Shown here piece after piece: positions 1 to 9,340 of a stretch of 64,000 nucleotides of DNA. Under the pieces are notes generated by a model that saw only the letters and a list, made by a program, of their open reading frames with translations, was not told where the DNA came from and made no database searches. The DNA lies in the IMG/VR virus record IMGVR_UViG_3300021255_000070, positions 9,747-73,746 of that record; one strand, 5' to 3'. A program made the translations under genes and the position numbers. The DNA is from a virus (lineage: Duplodnaviria; Caudoviricetes). Every line of letters starts with the position of its first letter. Positions within the stretch are counted from its first letter, which is position 1.

Positions 1-120
1 GATGTCTCAAAGAGCTACCCTATGAGCTGAGATACTGCATCTATAAGTAATTATGTACCCCATAGGGGTTTTCTATAGTATATATCCACTATAAGCTTTT
101 ACTCCTCTACCTTGTTTATG

Positions 121-171
121 GACTGCGAGGAAGGGGGCGAGCGAAGCGGAAGCCCCCTGACGAAGCAGGAC
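121..171. promoter_or_regulatory. GC-rich stem-loop island containing a GCGAAGC mini-hairpin
   Basis: GGGGGC...GCCCCC stem around GCGAAGC (141-147), outer CTGC/GCAG arms, in otherwise very AT-rich DNA; function unknown. Confidence 0.4.
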
Positions 172-343
172 AATAAATAAAAAGAAAATACCTTTATATA
201 CTCTATTCTTAGAATAGGGTTTATTTATATAAATCAAGAGGATAGAGTAGGTTCTAAGTTCTTATTTGATACTGAACCATGTTATTTAGATATTGAAATA
301 GGTATTTAATGTAACTATAATTATACTGAATTGAATAAAAATA

Positions 344-376
344 AACCTATTACTAAATAATATTTAGTAATAGGTT
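344..376. repeat. Perfect 16-bp inverted repeat with 1-nt spacer (operator/cruciform candidate)
   Basis: AACCTATTACTAAATA-A-TATTTAGTAATAGGTT directly upstream of the first ORF. Confidence 0.85.
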
Positions 377-398
377 AATGAATAAGGAGTGGTTATTT

Positions 399-839
399 AT
401 GTCTAAAAGTATAGACCTAGGAGCTTATGCTGGTCAAGGAATTAACCCTAAAACTAAACAGGTATCAGCTCTTATCTATAAGACTAAGAATAATTTAAAA
501 GGGAGTTTTGACCGTGTTATGAAAACTGCTAGAAAAGAAACTATGAATTTAATAATAAATCAGACTTCTGTTCATGGTTTTAGATTAATGTTTTTTATCC
601 TTGAAATAATAGATTTAAATAAAGGTACTTCTCCAGTTGTATGTTTAACTCAGAAATACTTAGAAGAGAATGTTATACATGGAGAATACCCAAGTAATCA
701 TAAAGGTTTATATACAGGTATTAAAGATTTAATCAGCCTTAAAGTTATTAAACCATTCCCTCAAGTAGGAAGAGGACATTATATGGTCAACCGTAACTGG
801 TTTCCTATTGGTTCATTAAGTAATCAGGAGAGCTTCTAA
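399..839 (+). CDS. RepL-like winged-helix DNA-binding protein (putative)
   Basis: SD AAGGAG at 384-389 favours ATG 399; pattern LMFFILE..D...LTQKYL...GIKDLISLKVIK...GHYMVNRNWF..G resembles plasmid RepL-type wHTH proteins. Confidence 0.45.
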   Translation: MSKSIDLGAYAGQGINPKTKQVSALIYKTKNNLKGSFDRVMKTARKETMNLIINQTSVHGFRLMFFILEIIDLNKGTSPVVCLTQKYLEENVIHGEYPSNHKGLYTGIKDLISLKVIKPFPQVGRGHYMVNRNWFPIGSLSNQESF

Positions 840-1565
840 ATGGATAATACAAATAATCTGACTATTGAAGATGTAAAAAGAGCTGTACCAGCTAAACTTA
901 AAGTAGCTATCAATCAGGATATAGTAGATAAGATTAATAACGTATCTAAAGACCCTGAACTGGCTAAATCTATTCAGGATAACTTTATTACTTATTCCTT
1001 GGTTCTAAGAGAAGGAAAATATAAAGTAGAAGATTATCTTAATGCTGTAACCTTCTGTACTTATAAAGTAATGGGTATGTCTAATGTAGATGCCTATATT
1101 AAAACCTTCCCTACAAGACATCAGATGTTATTAGCTAGAGGAGCCACTGAGAAAGATATATCCAGTTTCGTAGCTAATTACTTCAGAAATAAGATGGTAC
1201 AGTCTATCTTAGAAAAAACTATTATTCCATTCCATATACTGAATCAAGATGCTAGGCAGGAAGCTCTTAATACTCAGGTAAAGCTTATGATGACAGCTAA
1301 ATCTGAGATGGTAAGAATGAAAGCAGCAGATAGTGTTCTAGCTCACACAGAAGCTCCTACTGCTACCGGTCCTCTACTCAATGTAAACATTGGTAAGTCC
1401 TCTGCTATGGAAGATTTAGAGAGAACCATCACAGATTTAGCTAGAATACAGAAGAAAGCTATTGAAGATAATCTAGTCTCTACTAAAGATATTGCAGAGC
1501 AGAGAATTGTAGAAGCTGAAGTAATAGATTCTACTGATGAACCAGAGGAAGAAGATTATGAGTGA
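840..1565 (+). CDS. N4 gp69-like protein (possible terminase small subunit)
   Basis: 241 aa, immediately upstream of and overlapping the terminase large subunit, as in N4-like phages. Confidence 0.65.
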   Translation: MDNTNNLTIEDVKRAVPAKLKVAINQDIVDKINNVSKDPELAKSIQDNFITYSLVLREGKYKVEDYLNAVTFCTYKVMGMSNVDAYIKTFPTRHQMLLARGATEKDISSFVANYFRNKMVQSILEKTIIPFHILNQDARQEALNTQVKLMMTAKSEMVRMKAADSVLAHTEAPTATGPLLNVNIGKSSAMEDLERTITDLARIQKKAIEDNLVSTKDIAEQRIVEAEVIDSTDEPEEEDYE

Positions 1566-3150
1566 TGCTAAATCCTTAGATGAATGGTTAGATACTGTGG
1601 ACTACAGTAAGTATGAACATTATACTCCTAGTAAGTTTGCTCTTAAGTATCTTAACTTCTTAAAGCTTGTAAACGGAGCACAGGGAGAGAGTAATAAAAC
1701 TCCTCCTTTTCATCTTTATATGCTGGATAAACTTACATCCCCTAGTGAGTTTATAGTAAATCTCTGTTTCCGTGGTTCAGGTAAGACTTCCATTTATGCT
1801 GAGTATTTATTCTTTTTCTTGGCTCTATTTCCTAAAGTACCTTATCTAGGTGATATTTCTGTAGCATTATATATAGCTGATTCTATGGAGAATGGTGCTA
1901 AGAACCTTAGAAAGAATATGGAGCATAGATACTATAACTCTGAGTTCTTACAGAAATATTTACCTAAAGCTAAATGGACTGATACCTCTATAGAACTTAC
2001 CAATGCAGATGGTCATGATTTCTCTCTGAAAATGTATGGTGCATCTACTGGCTTTCGTGGTACTAAGACCTTTGGTAAAAGACCTAATCTTGTAATCTTA
2101 GATGATATTATTCCTGATGAGGCAGGTAGGTCTAAAACTCTTATGGATAATATTGAAGATATGCTGTATAACGCTGTTATACCTGCATTAGACCCATCTA
2201 AGAAAAAAGTAATTTTAAATGGTACCCCATTCTCAAAAGAAGATGTAGTGGTTAAAGCTGTTGAGTCTGGTTCTTGGGAAGTAAATGTATTCCCTATCTG
2301 TGAGAAGTTCCCTTGTGAAAAGAAAGATTTTAGAGGAGCTTGGGAAGACAGATTTCCATATGAGTATGTAGCTAAACAGTTTGAAGTATTTCAGTCTGTA
2401 GGTAAGACTGCCGGCTTCTATCAGGAATATATGCTGCGTATTAATTCAGCAGAAGAAAGATTAGTACAGGAATCAGAAATAAACTGGTATTCAAGACAGG
2501 ATCTACTAAAAGTAAAATCTAACTTCAATTTTTATGTTACTACTGACTTTGCTACTTCAGCCAAACAGAAAGCTGACTGGTCTGTTATTTCTGTATGGGC
2601 TTATAACAACAATGGTGACTGGTTCTGGGTAGATGGTATCTGTGAGAAACAGACTATGGATAAAAACATAGATGATTTATTTTCTTTGGTTCAGTTATAC
2701 CAGCCTGCTTCAGTAGGTGTAGAAGTAACAGGACAGCAGGGAGCCTTTATTAACTGGCTCCAGAGAGAAATGATGACTAGAAACATCTTCTTCTCATTTG
2801 CTAGGTCAGGTAAAAATAAGTCAACTGTAGGTATCAGACCCGAAACAGACAAACTCACTAGATTCAATCTTATGGTTCCATATTTTAAAATGGGTAAAAT
2901 ATTCTTTCCTGAAGAGCTTAAATCAACTAAAATTATGAATGAGTTCTTAGGAGAATTAGCTCTAGTTACTCGTAACGGAATCAAGGGGCATGATGACTGT
3001 ATAGATACTATATCTATGCTTGCCTATATGAATCCTTGGAAACCTTCGCTTAACTCAGAACCAACATATAACTCAGATAGTAATTACTATGGTTTTGATG
3101 AAACAGATTATATAGAGCAAGGTTCTAATATGGATTCATACATTGTATAA
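1558..3150 (+). CDS. terL: Terminase large subunit (N4 gp68-like)
   Basis: Walker A FRGSGKTS, Walker B LVILDD, nuclease motifs TTDFA and HDDCIDT; likely start ATG 1558 overlapping the upstream stop. Confidence 0.95.
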   Translation: MSDAKSLDEWLDTVDYSKYEHYTPSKFALKYLNFLKLVNGAQGESNKTPPFHLYMLDKLTSPSEFIVNLCFRGSGKTSIYAEYLFFFLALFPKVPYLGDISVALYIADSMENGAKNLRKNMEHRYYNSEFLQKYLPKAKWTDTSIELTNADGHDFSLKMYGASTGFRGTKTFGKRPNLVILDDIIPDEAGRSKTLMDNIEDMLYNAVIPALDPSKKKVILNGTPFSKEDVVVKAVESGSWEVNVFPICEKFPCEKKDFRGAWEDRFPYEYVAKQFEVFQSVGKTAGFYQEYMLRINSAEERLVQESEINWYSRQDLLKVKSNFNFYVTTDFATSAKQKADWSVISVWAYNNNGDWFWVDGICEKQTMDKNIDDLFSLVQLYQPASVGVEVTGQQGAFINWLQREMMTRNIFFSFARSGKNKSTVGIRPETDKLTRFNLMVPYFKMGKIFFPEELKSTKIMNEFLGELALVTRNGIKGHDDCIDTISMLAYMNPWKPSLNSEPTYNSDSNYYGFDETDYIEQGSNMDSYIV

Positions 3151-3159
3151 GGAGCTAAT

Positions 3160-3891
3160 ATGAAAACTACACAAGATTTCATTAAATCTCTAGGTCTAGG
3201 TACTTTAAAAAATCTTACTGGTTCAATAGTAGATACAGAGCATAATATTCTTGATAAAGCTATTCCTGAATTAATCCACTGGACTAATGAAGGACTGAAT
3301 ACTTTGCATACTATTCTTGAGATACCTGATAGTCTTACTATTCATATTTATGAATCTAGAGTAACTTATCCTTTACGTAGTGAATACAATATGACTGAAG
3401 AGGATTACTTCAGTGATAAACCAATCTATGAAAGGTTTATCTGGAAAGGTCGTAAAGAGGATGGCTCAGTAGAATACTTCAATGATAATCTGATGCAGAT
3501 TATTTCAGTATCTACTCATGAAGGATTAAAGCTTCCTCTTAATGACTACTCTAATGTATTCTCTGCATATACCCCTGAATTTGATGTACTACAGCTACCT
3601 ACCAATATGCCATCAGGTGTAGTGGAAGTACTGTATAGAGCTAAACATCCTGAAGTATCTTATGAAGATAATACTATTATCAGATTACCTCCTACTCTGT
3701 ATGATGCATTAGCTAACTATATAGCTTACAAAATTCACTCTACTATGAATGGAACAAATGCTGTAGAAAACGCAAATAAATACTATAATGAGTATAACAA
3801 TATAGTTGAAAATGCCATACGCACAGGAGTCATCAATCATAATGATTACCAACCTGACTTTGGTAAATTTTATAAAAGAGGGTTTGTATAA
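3160..3891 (+). CDS. N4 gp67-like virion structural protein (head-tail adaptor)
   Basis: 243 aa, syntenic position after TerL; YRAKHP...LPPTLYDALANYIAYK adaptor-like C-terminus. Confidence 0.7.
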   Translation: MKTTQDFIKSLGLGTLKNLTGSIVDTEHNILDKAIPELIHWTNEGLNTLHTILEIPDSLTIHIYESRVTYPLRSEYNMTEEDYFSDKPIYERFIWKGRKEDGSVEYFNDNLMQIISVSTHEGLKLPLNDYSNVFSAYTPEFDVLQLPTNMPSGVVEVLYRAKHPEVSYEDNTIIRLPPTLYDALANYIAYKIHSTMNGTNAVENANKYYNEYNNIVENAIRTGVINHNDYQPDFGKFYKRGFV

Positions 3892-3893
3892 TT

Positions 3894-5660
3894 ATGACAA
3901 TGATGAAAAAAGAATGGTCAGATCCAAACTTTAATAAACCTCTTGTTGACCGTATGCTAGGTGTAGCCTACCAACGAGTTAAACAAGTACAGGAAAATCT
4001 TGATTCATTAAAATTCTTTACTGAACATCTGGCAGCAGTAGAAGAGGGTAAAGAATCTTTAGATAATCTGGCTAATATTATTGCTAATACTGATACAGGT
4101 TCATACCTAATAGGACAGGAATTGGGTCATGTGGGTGAAGATGGTAATTTTGAACCAACGGATGCCACTCAGTTTATTAGAGCATTAGCTTTAAATATTA
4201 ACTACTTTAAACCAATCTTTGAAAATCTAGACCATATTCAGAAAGCAGGTATCTATATTCAGGACATTATTGCTTTGGCTCTAGGTATTGATGCTATCAA
4301 GAATGTATCTGATACTTTATCTGATATTAAGAAAGTAAATACTTATAAAGATTCTGTTAAGATTACAGCAAATTCTATTCAGAGTATTGTTACCTTGGCT
4401 CAGGACATAGAGACTATTCTCTTTATCAAAGATAAAATGCCTGACTTAGATACTATCAATGCTCATTTAGAAAGTTTACAACTGATTTCAAATAAGATTC
4501 ACTCTCTGGTTACTTTATCAGGTAATTTAGATGATATTAAGACAGCTATTTCTTATTATGCAGATTTCAAAGCAGTCTTAGATAATAAAGAGCTTATAGC
4601 TTTGATGGCTGAATCACAGAATTCTATTGAATTTATTAATTCCAATTCAGCTAAATTACAGAAGTTAGTAGATAATCAGGATAAACTGTTTACTCTGTTA
4701 CATTATCTAGATACCTTTACTATTCTGGCTCTTCATGTAGACGATATGCACAAGGTAGTAGATAACATAGAGTTGATTAAAGAATATGCAGATATGTCTG
4801 AAAAGATTACTGCTCTATATTCAGCTCTGTATCCAGAAGCAAAACGTACTGAAGTTGTAGCAGAACCAGACCAGACAATTCAATCTTTGATTGATTCTAT
4901 GGATTCTGGAGCAAGAATTATTCTATCTAAAGATATAGCCGAGAATCTGACTATTCCAAATGGAAAGATTATTAATCTAGACCTGAATGGTTATAAGATT
5001 ACTAATAAACTAGAATTAGATACTATTCGAGTAGAGCTAGGTGGTACTCTTAACCTCTATGGTTCAGGTACTATTGATAATATTACCAAGAATAAAGCTC
5101 CTATCTTCAATAACGGTTCATGTATTATTAAAGATACTACCATTACCAAGTCTAGAGAAGAGTATTATGCTATTCTTAATCATGGTCGTATGGTTCTAGG
5201 TGCAGGTGTTACCTGTATCTTAGGAGCTAATGCTCTATCATCTAATGTAGTAAATGGTTACTATGATTATACAAATACAAATGAAAGACTAGGTCATGTA
5301 TTAAACACAAATCTTGCTAATCCATCTATAATTATCAATGGTGGTAGTTATATTGGTGGTCAGAATGTATTTAAGAATGATGATGGTGGTATAGCTACTA
5401 TTAATAATGGTGAGTTTATCCACACCAAAGAGTCAGATGGTAGTGCATTATTCAATGTGAACCAGTTATCAGTAAAATTCTGTACTGCATCTTCTACTCA
5501 TAAATATGTAATCTATAATCGTAAGTATGATGATAATGTAGATGTAGGTAATATGATTATAGAGAATGGTAAATTCACTGGTTCAGTAGCTAATACCAAT
5601 GGTACTCTTGCTATCAAGGGTGGTGAATTTACTGATGATGTATCTGAGTATATGGTTTAA
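3894..5660 (+). CDS. Tail appendage/fibre protein with coiled-coil repeats and a beta-helix-like C-terminus
   Basis: Repeating V..NI..I..L heptads in the N-terminal half; Gly/Asn-rich beta-solenoid-like C-terminus; N4 gp66 position. Confidence 0.65.
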   Translation: MTMMKKEWSDPNFNKPLVDRMLGVAYQRVKQVQENLDSLKFFTEHLAAVEEGKESLDNLANIIANTDTGSYLIGQELGHVGEDGNFEPTDATQFIRALALNINYFKPIFENLDHIQKAGIYIQDIIALALGIDAIKNVSDTLSDIKKVNTYKDSVKITANSIQSIVTLAQDIETILFIKDKMPDLDTINAHLESLQLISNKIHSLVTLSGNLDDIKTAISYYADFKAVLDNKELIALMAESQNSIEFINSNSAKLQKLVDNQDKLFTLLHYLDTFTILALHVDDMHKVVDNIELIKEYADMSEKITALYSALYPEAKRTEVVAEPDQTIQSLIDSMDSGARIILSKDIAENLTIPNGKIINLDLNGYKITNKLELDTIRVELGGTLNLYGSGTIDNITKNKAPIFNNGSCIIKDTTITKSREEYYAILNHGRMVLGAGVTCILGANALSSNVVNGYYDYTNTNERLGHVLNTNLANPSIIINGGSYIGGQNVFKNDDGGIATINNGEFIHTKESDGSALFNVNQLSVKFCTASSTHKYVIYNRKYDDNVDVGNMIIENGKFTGSVANTNGTLAIKGGEFTDDVSEYMV

Positions 5661-5670
5661 GGAGTAGTAT

Positions 5671-6777
5671 ATGACTGAAGAAATCTTACCTAATATGAAT
5701 GATATTGGTAATAGACATATTACTACTGCTGAATTAGAAAGATATAGAGGTATTCCTAAACAGGTAGTTTGTATCAGTGATGATAAGAATAGGCTTGCTC
5801 TTTTATATGGTGATAGAGTAAATCACTATGAAAAGACAGTTCTATTCTCAGACCTTACAGAGAGTACTTTAGAAGCCTGCTTCAAATTACTCAAATATAC
5901 TTACCTAAGAAAGAACATTACAGAAGGTTCTTTTACCCTTAATACAGATTTATACTCTATATTTGATTTAACTCTTAATAGAGCTACCCAATTAAGCCTC
6001 GTATCCAGTGATACTTCAGAGAACCAAGCTAAAGAAGTAACTATTCTAGTATCAAATACTACTAACTCTTCTTTAAGCTTTACCAACTCTATTCGCTGGA
6101 TAGGTAAAGAGCCAGTATTCCCTACTGATACTGGTTCAAAGTATTTAATTAAACTCTACTATACTTCTACAGGTTGGATAGGTGAATACAGAACATCAAC
6201 TGATTTATCTGAAGACTCAGAAGATAGTTCCTTAATTAATATCAGTGAAGAAGATAGACAAATAATGTCAGATATTAGTCAGAACCTTGACGATATAAGA
6301 CAACTTGCAACTAATCTTACTAAACTAACTACTCTTGAAAATAGCATCGAAGACCTTAATGTAGTAAGTCAAAATACAACACAGTTAGTAAAACTGGCTG
6401 AAAGTATTAGTAAGCTTACCGAATTAAGCATATCATTAGATAGCGTATTACAGGTACAACAGTACCTAGATATGATTAAGCTTGTAGCTCATCATCTGAA
6501 AGATAAATACTTCCTAGATGTGAAAGTTACAAACCAAAAGATTGATGGTAATACTATTCTCCCTCTAGATAAGATTGTCTTGGCTCCTTGTGGATATATC
6601 CCTACTTCAGGTGGTAATTCACCAAGTGGTATAGATACTGATTCTAGTGATGGTACTATATCTCCTCAACTTCTAATCTGGTCAGATGAAGATGTTGATG
6701 ACACTATGGTAGGTGATGGTACTATTGTCGTAAGTCCAACCCGTAATAAGATTAATTCTGTAATTGTAAAGGAATAA
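5671..6777 (+). CDS. Putative tail fibre-associated structural protein
   Basis: 368 aa with the same heptad repeat type in its middle; within the tail cluster. Confidence 0.5.
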   Translation: MTEEILPNMNDIGNRHITTAELERYRGIPKQVVCISDDKNRLALLYGDRVNHYEKTVLFSDLTESTLEACFKLLKYTYLRKNITEGSFTLNTDLYSIFDLTLNRATQLSLVSSDTSENQAKEVTILVSNTTNSSLSFTNSIRWIGKEPVFPTDTGSKYLIKLYYTSTGWIGEYRTSTDLSEDSEDSSLINISEEDRQIMSDISQNLDDIRQLATNLTKLTTLENSIEDLNVVSQNTTQLVKLAESISKLTELSISLDSVLQVQQYLDMIKLVAHHLKDKYFLDVKVTNQKIDGNTILPLDKIVLAPCGYIPTSGGNSPSGIDTDSSDGTISPQLLIWSDEDVDDTMVGDGTIVVSPTRNKINSVIVKE

Positions 6778-6781
6778 TATT

Positions 6782-7636
6782 ATGGCTATTGATAAGATTC
6801 AAGGTAACTTAAAAGTTCGTATTGGTGACAAAGTTGTTGAGTTAATTGGCTTAACTTCTGGTGATATTACTAACATCAATGCTGCTATTTCTGCTATTAA
6901 TAATTTATCTGTACTAGCTACTACTGGTGCTGCTGCTGACGTATCCGTAGCTGACGCTGCTGGTAAGTTTGAAGGCACTACTGTAGAAGCTGTACTTGCT
7001 GAGTTAGCAGACTTAGTAGGTGATGGTACTGATGCTGCCAAAATACACCTAGTAGATGCATCAGCAGGTCAGTCAGATTATGCTAAGGTATATGAGTTAT
7101 ATCAGGGTGCAGATGATTCTGATATGACTAAGAATACCAAAGTTGGTACCATTAATATTCCTCTGGATAAGGTATTACAATCAGGTAAAGTTGTAACCAT
7201 TACTTCTAATCAGGATACTGATGGTGATACTACTTCAGGTCTTGCAGATGGTAAGTATGTTAAGCTGGTTCTGCAAAATGTACCAAACCCTCTGTATATC
7301 AACGTACATGATTTAGTAGATGTATATACTACCAATAATCAGACTGCTGAAGTAACTGTATCTGTTGATGCTAATAACAACATTACTGCTACTATTGGTG
7401 AGGTATCAGCTACTAAGGTAGTTTATACTGAAGCTGATGCTCAGGCAGGTACTTCTAAAGAAACTGTAAAACAGGCTTTAGATCGCGTTGGTACTGCTTT
7501 AGATAACCTAGGTATTAAAGAGGTTACTGTAGTAAATACCTTTACTGCTGACGACCAAATGACCGATGGTGCTGTAGAGTTCTGTCAGAATACTGGTAAT
7601 ATTAGTGCTGTAACTTATACTGGTTCAAATAGCTAA
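6782..7636 (+). CDS. Putative virion/tail structural protein
   Basis: 284 aa Ala/Thr/Asp/Val-rich ORF with native codon style in the tail cluster. Confidence 0.5.
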   Translation: MAIDKIQGNLKVRIGDKVVELIGLTSGDITNINAAISAINNLSVLATTGAAADVSVADAAGKFEGTTVEAVLAELADLVGDGTDAAKIHLVDASAGQSDYAKVYELYQGADDSDMTKNTKVGTINIPLDKVLQSGKVVTITSNQDTDGDTTSGLADGKYVKLVLQNVPNPLYINVHDLVDVYTTNNQTAEVTVSVDANNNITATIGEVSATKVVYTEADAQAGTSKETVKQALDRVGTALDNLGIKEVTVVNTFTADDQMTDGAVEFCQNTGNISAVTYTGSNS

Positions 7637-7648
7637 TAGGAGAACCAA

Positions 7649-7849
7649 ATGACCCGTAAACTATACACTGGAAAGTTAAAAACAGAAAGTGGGGTCGTTT
7701 GGTTCGGTGGTGATTCCATCGAATCTGGGGACTCTCTGGCTGACTTACAGCCGGGAGTTCCTACTCTTTTACCCCCAACCGTTTATTCCAGCTTACAATC
7801 ACAAGAAGAAAATAATACAGAAGAAGAAGAACCAGAAGAGAGTAACTAA
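7649..7849 (+). CDS. Small acidic hypothetical protein
   Basis: SD AGGAG, 66 aa, tightly packed between neighbours. Confidence 0.6.
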   Translation: MTRKLYTGKLKTESGVVWFGGDSIESGDSLADLQPGVPTLLPPTVYSSLQSQEENNTEEEEPEESN

Positions 7850-7861
7850 AGGAATATAATT

Positions 7862-8935
7862 ATGACTCAATATGTAATTCGTAATCCAAATAATCCTATT
7901 GTTAGAGATCTCTATAAGGATATTCCTTTAGTAGATTCTCAAGGAAATGTAGTAACTGATGCACAAGGTAGAATAGTCTGTGACAGATATGTAGTACAAG
8001 GTTCAGTAGGTGTATCAGAAGAAACTGTAAATACTAAGATTCAGAACCTTGGTTCAAACTTTGTAAATACTACTTCTACTCAGACTGTTGGTGGTAATAA
8101 ATCTTTCTCAGGTACAGTTACTGTTACTACCCCTACTAAAACAGTAGATGGTCAGACTGTTACAGATACCTCAGATGATACTACTAAAGTAGCTAATACT
8201 AAATTCGTACAGGCTGTAAAATCTGAGTTATCAGCAGATATTTCAAATATAGCTGAGAAATCTAATGCTATCACTGTATCAGATACAGCTCCTAATATAG
8301 CTAATATGCCTGTAGCTTCAGGTGTAATGCATCCATCACAGAATATTATTACTGAGAATCCAGATGTATCTATCTTAGCTCTACAACAGGATATGTGGGG
8401 ATATAAATCAGATAAACCATATACAGCAAATGAATATGTACTATATCAAGGTAATATTTATAAATGTATTCAAAATAATACTGTAACTGTTGATGGTGAA
8501 ACAGTTCACAAAGCTCCTACTGATAGTAATTATTGGATAAAAATTGCTACATTAGCTGATTTAGCTTTAAAAGCTGATAAAGATTTTTCAAACGTTACCG
8601 CACCTGTTCAGGCGTTTAAGAATATGAGTATTGAATGGGATAGACCTGATTTGACTGCTGGTATAACGATAAATGTATCAACGAGTGAACAAACTTATAT
8701 CTGCCCTAGTGACGGTTTTGTTATTTTCGGTGCTTATGGTAATACAGGCGTAACATCTACCCTGTCAATTAATGGGGTTGAAGTTGTTAGATCTGCATCT
8801 GATACAATAAATTTCGCTATGAACTCAACAATCTGTGTCCCAGTTCAGAAAGACGATGTATGTAAATTTAAGGGGGCTGCGGATACTTCCTTAAGTTTAG
8901 GCAAGTTCATTTTCTATCCATGCAAAGGAGTTTAA
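7862..8935 (+). CDS. Tail fibre protein with CBM-like repeat and variable C-terminal tip
   Basis: TTSTQTVGGNKSF fibre motif; YTANEYVLYQGNIYKCIQ..APTDSNYW carbohydrate-binding-module-like segment; C-terminal YICPSDGFV domain. Confidence 0.7.
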   Translation: MTQYVIRNPNNPIVRDLYKDIPLVDSQGNVVTDAQGRIVCDRYVVQGSVGVSEETVNTKIQNLGSNFVNTTSTQTVGGNKSFSGTVTVTTPTKTVDGQTVTDTSDDTTKVANTKFVQAVKSELSADISNIAEKSNAITVSDTAPNIANMPVASGVMHPSQNIITENPDVSILALQQDMWGYKSDKPYTANEYVLYQGNIYKCIQNNTVTVDGETVHKAPTDSNYWIKIATLADLALKADKDFSNVTAPVQAFKNMSIEWDRPDLTAGITINVSTSEQTYICPSDGFVIFGAYGNTGVTSTLSINGVEVVRSASDTINFAMNSTICVPVQKDDVCKFKGAADTSLSLGKFIFYPCKGV

Positions 8936-8937
8936 TC

Positions 8938-9336
8938 ATGTATAAATACGTTAAATTCAATGAATATTCGGGCTTATGCACTGAAGTCGGAACGGGTACA
9001 AACGCAGATTTCTACAAGTCCGTTGGCATGGTAAGAAAAGACGTTGAACAATCCGAAGTTGATGGACAATGGTATCTTACTTCTCAATGTCCTCATTATA
9101 CTGATGAAGAAAAACTAGAAAAGGCAAAAACTGAAAAGATAGCAGAATTAAGAGCTAAGAGAGATGCAGAGCTAAATGCTACAGATTTCTATCTAATGCC
9201 TGATTATCCTATTTCTGGTTCAGATTTAACTCTAATTCAGAAATACAGACAAGAGCTAAGAGATTTACCTCAGCAAGATGGTTTCCCTTATGTAGATTTC
9301 CCTGTTAATCCTTTAACACCTAAAGTAGAGGAATAA
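8938..9336 (+). CDS. Tail fibre assembly chaperone
   Basis: LRAKRDAELNATDFYLMPDYP...YRQELRDLPQQDGFP typical of phage tail assembly chaperones; follows a fibre gene. Confidence 0.8.
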   Translation: MYKYVKFNEYSGLCTEVGTGTNADFYKSVGMVRKDVEQSEVDGQWYLTSQCPHYTDEEKLEKAKTEKIAELRAKRDAELNATDFYLMPDYPISGSDLTLIQKYRQELRDLPQQDGFPYVDFPVNPLTPKVEE

Positions 9337-9340
9337 TATT

